Notes under the pieces: generated by a model | What the model saw: the letters and a program-made list of their open reading frames with translations, nothing else | The model's database searches: none | Told to the model about the DNA's origin: nothing | Shown: piece by piece, positions 56,704 to 64,000 of the stretch | How the letters are laid out: each line of letters opens with the position of its first letter | How positions within the stretch are numbered: the stretch's first letter is position 1 | Assembly: GCA_016789205.1 (NCBI GenBank) | Contig: JAEURF010000001.1 | Coordinates: forward strand, 16,779 to 80,778 | Source of the DNA: Anaerolineales bacterium | GTDB taxonomy: Bacteria; Chloroflexota; Anaerolineae; Anaerolineales; Villigracilaceae | Direction of reading: 5' to 3' | DNA: 64,000 nucleotides | Position numbers and translations under genes: made by a program

Positions 56704-58188
56704 CTAGGGCAAGGTTTTTAGAGCCTCTACTAATTGAATCAATTTTTGAATCGATTCTTTAAACTCTAACGGGGAATATTCTGAGTTGTGTTTATTTTCT
56801 GGATGGTGAAAGAAATTTCTAATATAACTTATTAGTGTCATATCTTTAGGTGGTTGAATAGTTCCATCCTTGTTTACTTTTATCCACTTTTTTGTTTTTC
56901 CGATACCGTTGTTAACGAAATGCTGTTCTAAATCATCAATGGTAAAAGATTTAGTTTCTTCTTGCAAATATCCATAAAGTTCATTATAAAATTCAACGGT
57001 AGGTAAATCATATGCTAGATAATTAATCTCGCCCCAAGAAGGACTCCATGGAAAGTAGTTAAATTTCCCACCAGTATTCTCAATCTGACTTTCATTGGAG
57101 GTTTTCTTTGTAATTAGCAATTCAATATTTGTATTGCTCAAACAATTTTTGAAAAAATACGGGGAGTGCGTACTAATAACGATTTGATTTTGGCTAGATA
57201 TTTGAATTAAGTATTGCACAAATTTTTCTTGTAGTTTCGGATGTAAATGCAATTCTGGTTCATCAATAAGGATAACAATGCTTGATTTAGTAAAAGATGC
57301 TAATGTTTCTAAGAATAGCAACGAAACTATCATCTCTATACCTGAACCTAGGTTTGAAACGGGGAGGTCAAACCTTTCTTGTAGTTTATGTGAAAGAAAG
57401 GCACTATCGAAAGGTGCATTACCATCTACAAAAGAGAAATTGATATTTTCTATATCGAAATTTTTTAACTTAAGATTTAATGCTTTCATTGACTTATCAA
57501 AAGCTGTTCTGTCTACTTTGTTGATAATTTCTTGTTCAAAATTATGTTTATTGAGAAAAAAATCTGATTGACTAGTTTGAGCTAATTCTTCTTGTATAGT
57601 CTTCGTAAATCGCCAGTTAAAGTCTTCTATGATCGAGGAAATTGAAGAGTTGTATCCTTTTTGAAGTTGTCTTTCCCTATTTTTTCCGAAATAAAAACTG
57701 CGTGGGAAGTCGTCTATTTCAGCTTGAGAAAACGTTAGTAGTCTTTCATCGAAATAAAACGGCTTACCGCTCTGTCTTATTATTTTCCAGCCTTTAGCTT
57801 CGTCTTTGGGTCTATCAGGTGTTACATAATGGGTGATAACTACTATATCGGAGAATGCTTTTCCAGCAGAAGCTTTTTCTCGCTTTTTAATTTCAAGGTG
57901 TACTCCATCACATTTTACTGTTTGAGTGGTATATCCGTCTGGAAGCTTTGCGGTAAATGTGGAATCAAATTTTATATCTATGATAATTGGTGCATCCAAA
58001 TTGGCACAAAAGTCTGTGTGTTTTATTCGACCAGATAAAAACTGCGGTGAAAGACAAAAATTTATCGCCTCAAGGATTGATGTTTTCCCAGTGCCGTTGT
58101 TCCCAATAAAAATTGAAAGCTCTTTAGAATTGAAGGACTGATTTTGGATTGAGCGAAAGTTCTGGATTGATAGTGATTTAATTTTCAT
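56704..58188 (-). CDS. OLD/AAA_15-type ABC ATPase with C-terminal HEPN-like motif
   Basis: IQNFRSI, GNNGTGKT, LGSG, IDEPELHLHP and STHSP motifs; C-terminal RNFFHH (Rx4H); GAGGGAG RBS before ATG 58188. Confidence 0.85.
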   Translation of the reverse strand: MKIKSLSIQNFRSIQNQSFNSKELSIFIGNNGTGKTSILEAINFCLSPQFLSGRIKHTDFCANLDAPIIIDIKFDSTFTAKLPDGYTTQTVKCDGVHLEIKKREKASAGKAFSDIVVITHYVTPDRPKDEAKGWKIIRQSGKPFYFDERLLTFSQAEIDDFPRSFYFGKNRERQLQKGYNSSISSIIEDFNWRFTKTIQEELAQTSQSDFFLNKHNFEQEIINKVDRTAFDKSMKALNLKLKNFDIENINFSFVDGNAPFDSAFLSHKLQERFDLPVSNLGSGIEMIVSLLFLETLASFTKSSIVILIDEPELHLHPKLQEKFVQYLIQISSQNQIVISTHSPYFFKNCLSNTNIELLITKKTSNESQIENTGGKFNYFPWSPSWGEINYLAYDLPTVEFYNELYGYLQEETKSFTIDDLEQHFVNNGIGKTKKWIKVNKDGTIQPPKDMTLISYIRNFFHHPENKHNSEYSPLEFKESIQKLIQLVEALKTLP

Positions 58189-58240
58189 GTCTACTCCCTC
58201 GATTTTTGCTTTTGATAATTTCAATATTATCGAAAGCTAT

Positions 58241-58375
58241 TCAGAATAGTAAGTAGTATAAGTATGATATGAAATTTGGGCCAATAGCAAAAGATATAAA
58301 AATTAAGCCAATTATCACTGACCCCATAAGGGAAAGCAAGAACGATAGGAAGATTTGAAAGAAGTCTTTTTCCAT
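58241..58375 (-). CDS. 44-aa hydrophobic peptide
   Basis: MEKDFFQIFLSFLLSLMGSVIIGLIFISFAIGPNFISYLYYLLF; weak RBS. Confidence 0.35.
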   Translation of the reverse strand: MEKDFFQIFLSFLLSLMGSVIIGLIFISFAIGPNFISYLYYLLF

Positions 58376-58788
58376 AATTATATTTATTAGAACCATGTGG
58401 CTCATGTGAACTTGACTCTATATTCGCTTGGTAGCCAGTTTTTTGAGAAGAAGCCTCTTGACTCTTGTGGGCTGTTAATTAACTACGAGTAAGCAATAGA
58501 ACGATTCGCAATGACAAAATATCAGAAACAATCAAAACGATATCCAGAGTCGTATAGTCTTGCAGCTTAATTATTCTCATAATAATACCAGAGTGATGCC
58601 GATTGTTACACTTTGTTGTCTTATTTTGCACTAGTCTGCAAAGTAGTTTATCGAAAATTGTGTTACAAAGTGCCATAATGAGGTTTAGAGAAGACCTAAA
58701 GCAGTTTCTCTTGACAAATAGAGAACGCAATTTTCTATAAAGAAGACGCAATACCCCCAGTAATAATAGGTTCAAGCGTTAATTTCTA

Positions 58789-58825
58789 TTGATATGCCGT
58801 GCTATTAATAAGCACGGCATATCAA
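58789..58825. terminator. 15-bp hairpin, probable terminator
   Basis: TTGATATGCCGTGCT-N7-AGCACGGCATATCAA, downstream of the HNH-like gene. Confidence 0.6.
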
Positions 58826-58948
58826 ATTACTTTAAGGGTGGTGTGGGTGGGGTCGTATACAAAATTAGCTCTTCAACTCAGTAGATCTATATCATGTTCA
58901 AAATTGACGGCCTTTCGTCTATAACTTGCTAATATTATGATTGACTGA

Positions 58949-59395
58949 TCATTTTTTTCCTCTAAACCAACCTCTATCTGTCATTGTCTTTTTTCGATGA
59001 CAGTTTGCACATAATACATCACACTTATTAATCTCTGCCTGAATGGTGCTTACTGAATAGCCATCACCAATCATTCTGCTAAGATCCATAGACTTACCCG
59101 TACGGTGGTGAAATTCTAGAACGCTTGGGTCACTTTCGCCACATTGACTGCAAGGATGAGTGAGTAAGTAATCCCAAACATAATCTCTTGCAACTTCACG
59201 GGCTGCAAGTTTTCTTTCTCGTACCTGCTCCAAATGCCTTTCCTTATTGTTTTCATACCAATTTTTTCTAAATGGTTTGTGGCAATCACGACAGGTAGGA
59301 TGGCGAATTCCAAGAGTTTTGAACCTCCAGTTGAAATCTTCCTCGTCTTTCCATTTTTTACAAGTTACGCATTGTTTTTGCATACTTTTCTCCAT
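58949..59395 (-). CDS. Phage-type HNH/zinc-finger endonuclease-like protein
   Basis: CVTC, CRDC, CSQCGE...LEFHH and LCANCHR motifs. Confidence 0.85.
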   Translation of the reverse strand: MEKSMQKQCVTCKKWKDEEDFNWRFKTLGIRHPTCRDCHKPFRKNWYENNKERHLEQVRERKLAAREVARDYVWDYLLTHPCSQCGESDPSVLEFHHRTGKSMDLSRMIGDGYSVSTIQAEINKCDVLCANCHRKKTMTDRGWFRGKK

Positions 59396-59416
59396 AAGGT
59401 GTACTTAAGGTGTACT
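59395..59416. repeat. Tandem 11-mer, probable integrase arm-binding sites
   Basis: TAAGGTGTACT x2, about 200 bp inside the att-like site. Confidence 0.55.
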
Positions 59417-59524
59417 AGGTCAGACATATTTTTGGATTTTAAAAACCAACTTATAATTTAAAAGCCAAATGCCTAACACTTAGACCAAAAATTGGTCAAA
59501 ATTAGTGTTAGACACTTGATTTTG

Positions 59525-59596
59525 TGAGTCCGCTCGGGGTCGAACCGAGAACCTAACGCTTAAGAGGCGCTTGCTCTGCCATTGAGCTACGGACCC
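59525..59596 (-). tRNA. tRNA-Lys(CTT), complete, CCA not encoded
   Basis: GGGTCCG-TA-GCTCAATGGCAGAGC-A-AGCGC-CTCTTAA-GCGTT-AGGTT-CTCGG-TTCGACC-CCGAG-CGGACTC-A cloverleaf. Confidence 0.96.
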
Positions 59597-59614
59597 GAGT
59601 CATATATTTTTGCG

Positions 59615-59643
59615 AGAGCAGTTGATTAAGAGGCAACTGCTCT
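59615..59643. other. att-like recombination site centred on a tRNA anticodon loop
   Basis: AGAGCAGTTG-ATTAAGAGG-CAACTGCTCT; the right arm is tRNA sequence and the left arm is its mirror. Confidence 0.7.
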
Positions 59644-59663
59644 GCCAATTGAGCTACGGAACC
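59621..59663 (-). pseudogene. 5' half of a second tRNA-Lys(CTT)
   Basis: GGTTCCGTAGCTCAATTGGCAGAGCAGTTGCCTCTTAATCAAC; no T arm or 3' acceptor strand follows. Confidence 0.85.
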
Positions 59664-59681
59664 AAAGAACTTGCGGACGAT

Positions 59682-59709
59682 ATTATACCGTAAAGGAAAA
59701 GAGTGTCAA
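59682..59709 (-). promoter_or_regulatory. Consensus stable-RNA promoter
   Basis: TTGACA (59709-59704), 16 bp, TATAAT (59687-59682). Confidence 0.88.
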
Positions 59710-59776
59710 TAAAAAACCTTTGAACCTTAAATTGATTATGCTACAATCAAATTAACTTTCATAAGGAGTGTAGAAG

Positions 59777-60211
59777 ATGAAAACAACCACAATGCAAAGA
59801 TTGGCTTGGGTGTATGCAATTATGTTCGGTTTGTTGGGGTCGTTGAGTTATATCCCCTTTATTAATGATGAAAACGGGGTTACGTTGGGGATTTTCAGCC
59901 TGCAATGGTACGATAATTTACTGCATTATGCTTCTGGTTTGTGGGCGGCAATTGCGGCGTGGAGGTCACATAAAGATTCGGTATTTTATTTCAAACTGTT
60001 TGGCATCATTTATGGTTTAGATGGGGTTTTGGGATTTTTAACAGGCTCAGGCTATTTAGATGGTGGTATCTTTTTGCAAGGCATCACAGATTACAGTTGG
60101 AGTTTGAAATTCTTTGCAAATATTCCACATATTGCGATTGGCGGAATTGCAGTATTTATCGGTTTTGTGTTGAGCAAACGGTTTGCAGAATATGAATCAA
60201 CAGCCAGTTAA
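59777..60211 (+). CDS. DUF4383-like membrane protein
   Basis: LGIF...DNLLH..SGLWA motif; 4 TM; AAGGAG RBS. Confidence 0.75.
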   Translation: MKTTTMQRLAWVYAIMFGLLGSLSYIPFINDENGVTLGIFSLQWYDNLLHYASGLWAAIAAWRSHKDSVFYFKLFGIIYGLDGVLGFLTGSGYLDGGIFLQGITDYSWSLKFFANIPHIAIGGIAVFIGFVLSKRFAEYESTAS

Positions 60212-61325
60212 GCGCCGCCGTTGGTTACGATATTTTTTTGTTTTTCTGCTCGCCGTAACGTTATTGCCGTCTATGGTCGGGTTGACGCGCGCGTTATGGC
60301 TTTGTCGGGTGTGGGGAAATGTTGACGAAATAGAATCAACTATCCCTGATGAAAAGACGCGGAGCGTTATTAGTCAAATTGAAGAATATGCGCGTCCTGA
60401 AAGTCAAACTTATTTAACGATTCCTGAATGGTATATCGTGTATAGTGCCGATGAATATGGGGCGTTTATCCAAAACAATTCTTCTTCGGATTTTCCATAT
60501 TTCAAAGCGGTTGGGCAATATTGGCAAAGTTATGATGAAGTCTGTGGGCAAGTGCGCGGAAAATATCCATACAATGGGAGTGCGCAATTTGTGTTGGGCT
60601 TTATTGGCGTGAGTTTTACCGCTGAGAATATGCTCAAGGGTTTGTATGAGTTTACGATTGGACGTGTGTTTGATTGGTTTGCCGCACAACCCACCGAAGA
60701 AGAAAAATTTGCGGCGGATGTGGCAGTTGAGTTTGGTGCATTTTTACATAACACGCCGTGGTATTTATTTCCGTTTGACGAAAAGATAAAAGAATTATGG
60801 ACAGAAACAAGTTGGTGGGGACCTGGTGTGTTAAGAAAATGGGAAAGAAAAATTGCGTTAACTGTTGAATATGGTGTGAAAGCCTTGTATGGTGGAATCA
60901 CAAGAGCAGGCTCGCAAGCCGCGTATGGTGGTGAAGATACTGCTAAGATTTATGCAATCACAATGAATGCAAGCGATGAAATGGTGAGTGAAGATTTTGA
61001 AATTGTGCAAGCCATTGATGATGCAAAACAATTAACTCGTATCACCCGCTTTGAAGTTTTTTCTACTATCGTGCCTGATTTTATGAAACAAGGTTTATCG
61101 TTTGTTGAAATTGCTGGCAACGATGAAATTGCAGTGACAACTTTAGGTAATCAAGATGCAAATTATGATTTTGCATACGGCGAGTATCTTTTTGATTTGC
61201 CAATTTTGACTCAAGCAGGCGAAACGCGCGCTGTCATCAAAGTGCGTGTGGATGAGTTGCATCTGTTCCTTGAAGAATTAGAAAATAAAACAGATATTCG
61301 TTTTGAACATATTTATGACTATTAA
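60192..61325 (+). CDS. Membrane-anchored hypothetical protein
   Basis: TYLTIPEWYIVYS and EIAGND segments, ending HIYDY; operonic. Confidence 0.8.
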   Translation: MNQQPVKRRRWLRYFFVFLLAVTLLPSMVGLTRALWLCRVWGNVDEIESTIPDEKTRSVISQIEEYARPESQTYLTIPEWYIVYSADEYGAFIQNNSSSDFPYFKAVGQYWQSYDEVCGQVRGKYPYNGSAQFVLGFIGVSFTAENMLKGLYEFTIGRVFDWFAAQPTEEEKFAADVAVEFGAFLHNTPWYLFPFDEKIKELWTETSWWGPGVLRKWERKIALTVEYGVKALYGGITRAGSQAAYGGEDTAKIYAITMNASDEMVSEDFEIVQAIDDAKQLTRITRFEVFSTIVPDFMKQGLSFVEIAGNDEIAVTTLGNQDANYDFAYGEYLFDLPILTQAGETRAVIKVRVDELHLFLEELENKTDIRFEHIYDY

Positions 61326-61336
61326 AGGTTAATAAT

Positions 61337-62326
61337 ATGAAAGCATTCATAAAAGGCATCTTCAAAACCCTTGGGTGGATTTTATTAATTTTTGTTTTGG
61401 TCATTTCCTTTTTTTATGTTCAATCTATTTTCCGTGAAACTAAAGAAAGACATCAAGCGGCTCCAACTACGGGGAAATTTGTTCAAGCAGGGGATGTTGA
61501 GATACACATCTTAGACATGGGTCCGACAGATGGACAAGTCATTTTATTCATTCACGGCACAGGCGCGTGGAGCGAATTTTGGCGCGAGACGATGACTCCG
61601 CTAGCAGAGGCAGGCTATCGTTGCATTGCTATTGATATTCCGCCCTTTGGATATTCAGAAAAACCAGCCACAGCGTCTTTTGGAAATGAAGCCCAAGCCA
61701 AACGCATCATCGCTTTGATGGATGCTTTAGACATTGATAGCGCGATTCTATTTGGTCACTCATTCGGTGGTGGAGCAACTCTCGAAACTGCGTTAATGAT
61801 TCCAGAAAGAATTGATGCTTTAATTTTGGAAGACGTGGGCGGTTTGAATCTAAACCTTGTGCCTGTAGAAAAAACAAGCCCAAGTGTTTTAGAAATATTT
61901 TTTGAAACCCGTTCTATTCGTAATCCAATTCTTTCGGCAACTGCCACCAACCCCTTGCTCACCAAAACTTTACTCTCTGCGATGCTCAAAGACCCAAATG
62001 ATGCCACTGATGAAAAAATTAAAATTTTGCAAGAGCCTTTGGTTTTAGAAGGCGCGACCGATACGCTAGGCGATTGGCTTGGATACGTGGTCAATGTGCA
62101 AGAAGTTTCGTTAACCACCAACCCTGATAATTATCAAAATTTAACCATGCCTACTCTAATCATTTGGGGAGATAGTGATACAGTCATTCCACTTGCAGAA
62201 GGTGAATATTTAGCGAGCATCATCTCTAATGCAGAATTGGTTGTGATGAAAGATGTGAATCATGTTCCGCATGTGGAAGATTTAGAAACATTGATGCCGA
62301 TTGTGTTTGAGTTTTTGAATAAATAA
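61337..62326 (+). CDS. Alpha/beta hydrolase
   Basis: FIHG, GHSFGG nucleophile elbow, WGDSD and HVPH motifs. Confidence 0.95.
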   Translation: MKAFIKGIFKTLGWILLIFVLVISFFYVQSIFRETKERHQAAPTTGKFVQAGDVEIHILDMGPTDGQVILFIHGTGAWSEFWRETMTPLAEAGYRCIAIDIPPFGYSEKPATASFGNEAQAKRIIALMDALDIDSAILFGHSFGGGATLETALMIPERIDALILEDVGGLNLNLVPVEKTSPSVLEIFFETRSIRNPILSATATNPLLTKTLLSAMLKDPNDATDEKIKILQEPLVLEGATDTLGDWLGYVVNVQEVSLTTNPDNYQNLTMPTLIIWGDSDTVIPLAEGEYLASIISNAELVVMKDVNHVPHVEDLETLMPIVFEFLNK

Positions 62327-62327
62327 A

Positions 62328-62354
62328 GTAGGTCACGCTTGAAGCGTGACCTAC
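62328..62354. terminator. GTAG-type REP-like palindrome or bidirectional terminator
   Basis: GTAGGTCACGCTT-G-AAGCGTGACCTAC between convergent genes. Confidence 0.7.
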
Positions 62355-62358
62355 AAAA

Positions 62359-63963
62359 TCATTTCCCATATTTTTCATACCAAGTATTCGTAAACAAACC
62401 TTCGGGGTCGTAGAATTTTTTCAATTCAAAAAATTCTTTAATTTCAGGGTAAGAGGCTTCGAGTTGTTCAGGGGTGTAATACAACTGATATGGCAAAAAG
62501 AATCTTCCATTGACTTGATGCGTCAAATCAATTAATTCACTGGTCACTTTTGCCATGTGCTCATTGCCTTCTATGCTCACAGGCTGATTGATATACAAAA
62601 CAATCGAATACATTTCAGCGGGGGCATAGGTCAAGAAATTATCTTCGGGGTGAATCACTCTCACCGAAGCATTGAGCAGGTTGACGTCATAGTCCTGAAC
62701 GATGCGGCGAAGCCCATCCACAAAAGGAATGAATTGTTCACGCGGGATAAAATATTCATGCAGAATATCTGTCTCTTTTTTGAGATTATTGCGGATGTAC
62801 GCAACTGAATCATGCATCGGTTCATTACGCGATACAAAACACGCCTCACCTTCAGACATGGCTTGCGTGCGTGGCACCACCGTACATGACTCTAACATCG
62901 GTTCGACATTTTTCTCCAAATACCATTTAATGTTCATTGGAATATTTCCAAGTTTTGAAAAGTTAAACACAAAACGGCGTAACTTAATGCTCGAAACTTC
63001 ACCTAAGGGCGGTATCTCGGCTTCGCCAATATCTACTTTTGTATATTTATAAAAAATCATTTCATCTAACAGCGAATTTTTTGCTGTAGACAAATGCCCG
63101 TAAAATAATCCTAAATTGGGGTCAGGTAAAATTTCGTTTTCAAAAATTTCGGGGAAATCTTTATAACTCACCATTTGACGTTCTGTTTCATAAATATCAT
63201 TATTCACAATTTGCAAATCAACATCTAAGATGATGCCGAATAAACCATACCCGCCAACCACCAACGAAAATAATTCAGGGTTTTCTTCACGGCTGACATT
63301 GACAACCGTGCCATCCGCCAGCATGACGCGCATAGCAACAATCGAACTTCCTACTGAACCCGCAAGATGGTCCATGCCATGCGCATTGACCGAAATTGAA
63401 CCACCCACTGTAAAAATATCGGTAGATTGCATGGCTTTGACTGCATAGTATGGATGCAAAAAGTTTTGAATATCATGCCAGGTTGCGCCGCTTTGCACTG
63501 TGAGAATCATATTCTCTTCATCCAAAGACATTTGATTAAATTGAGTCATATCTAATACGAGGTTATTTTTATAAAATGCTTGCCCACCCATACTATGGCG
63601 CACGCCAGCCATTGAGATTTTTAATTTTTCTTCTTTTGCTAAAGTGACTGCATTCTTAATATCATCAATGTTTCTAATTTGCACAATGCCATACACTGCC
63701 GTACGATTCAAACAACTGACATCGTTAATCGTGCCACCTTTTTGTTTCCAGTGCAATAATTGACTGACAGGCAACGGAGCAATTTCAACTTGAATATCAG
63801 TTGCCGCCAGCGCTTCACCTTCGGCAGAAACAGGCTCACAATCTTTTTCAACTGTAGGTTCAGCAGAAAGGCGATTGACTTCATACACACCGCCTGCCAA
63901 TAAGGAAACCGCTGTCACTGTGGCTATTACTTTTTTTGAATTATTTGCTTTGTTTTGAGTCAT
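62359..63963 (-). CDS. FAD-binding oxidoreductase (VAO/ALO family)
   Basis: GVRHSMGGQ, TVGGSISVNAHG, GGYGLFG and K..YDP..LF.N motifs. Confidence 0.93.
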   Translation of the reverse strand: MTQNKANNSKKVIATVTAVSLLAGGVYEVNRLSAEPTVEKDCEPVSAEGEALAATDIQVEIAPLPVSQLLHWKQKGGTINDVSCLNRTAVYGIVQIRNIDDIKNAVTLAKEEKLKISMAGVRHSMGGQAFYKNNLVLDMTQFNQMSLDEENMILTVQSGATWHDIQNFLHPYYAVKAMQSTDIFTVGGSISVNAHGMDHLAGSVGSSIVAMRVMLADGTVVNVSREENPELFSLVVGGYGLFGIILDVDLQIVNNDIYETERQMVSYKDFPEIFENEILPDPNLGLFYGHLSTAKNSLLDEMIFYKYTKVDIGEAEIPPLGEVSSIKLRRFVFNFSKLGNIPMNIKWYLEKNVEPMLESCTVVPRTQAMSEGEACFVSRNEPMHDSVAYIRNNLKKETDILHEYFIPREQFIPFVDGLRRIVQDYDVNLLNASVRVIHPEDNFLTYAPAEMYSIVLYINQPVSIEGNEHMAKVTSELIDLTHQVNGRFFLPYQLYYTPEQLEASYPEIKEFFELKKFYDPEGLFTNTWYEKYGK

Positions 63964-64000
63964 AGAATCCATCCTTTCGAGTACATTGATTGTAGAACGG

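Larger units (their letters stand above)
12284..59633. mobile_element. Integrative (ICE/IME-like) element inserted at tRNA-Lys(CTT); left end not found, may extend beyond the window start
   Basis: Integrase + xis, relaxase-like + coupling ATPase, ParA module, MTase, SprT and defence cargo; split tRNA and att-like inverted repeat at 59615-59643. Confidence 0.75.

Noticed and set aside
55740-58188. Septu (PtuA-PtuB) or Gabija
   Set aside because: The HNH gene is about 220 nt away and McrA-like, the ATPase has its own HEPN-like tail, and no UvrD partner is adjacent. Not fully excluded without HMM searches.
58479-58775. 98-aa ORF
   Set aside because: TTG start, no RBS and no recognisable motif; it could be a gene remnant but is unsupported.
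59597-59663. Second complete tRNA gene
   Set aside because: Only the acceptor 5' strand, D arm and anticodon arm are present; there is no TTCGA loop or 3' acceptor strand.

Overview
The window appears to come from a Chloroflexi (Anaerolineae-like) chromosome; this is inferred from gene families and an AGAAC-N4-GTTCT LexA box. 1-12.2 kb is a heavy-metal/copper cluster: three P1B ATPases, CopZ, cupredoxin, CsoR and an ArsR/SmtB regulator with operators. About 12.3-59.6 kb is an integrative mobile element with a tyrosine integrase, excisionase, relaxase-like/coupling-protein pair, ParA module, SOS-controlled PolB2 cassette and defence genes. It ends at a tRNA-Lys(CTT) gene that is split in the anticodon loop and followed by a divergent complete copy. 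59.7-64 kb looks like host genes. The most striking cargo is a divergent 17.5-kb locus (21.2-38.7 kb). One arm encodes GNAT + TGT/DpdA-like transglycosylase + an unknown (possibly winged-helix) protein + a large ATPase. The other arm encodes a NERD-SF1 helicase + two unknown proteins + a 1.9-kaa DUF1998-type helicase (Druantia/DpdJ-like) + a YhhQ queuosine-precursor transporter. This is a candidate salvage-dependent 7-deazaguanine DNA modification/defence system whose architecture does not match canonical Dpd or Druantia as I know them. All family assignments come from motif reading by eye; no database searches were run.
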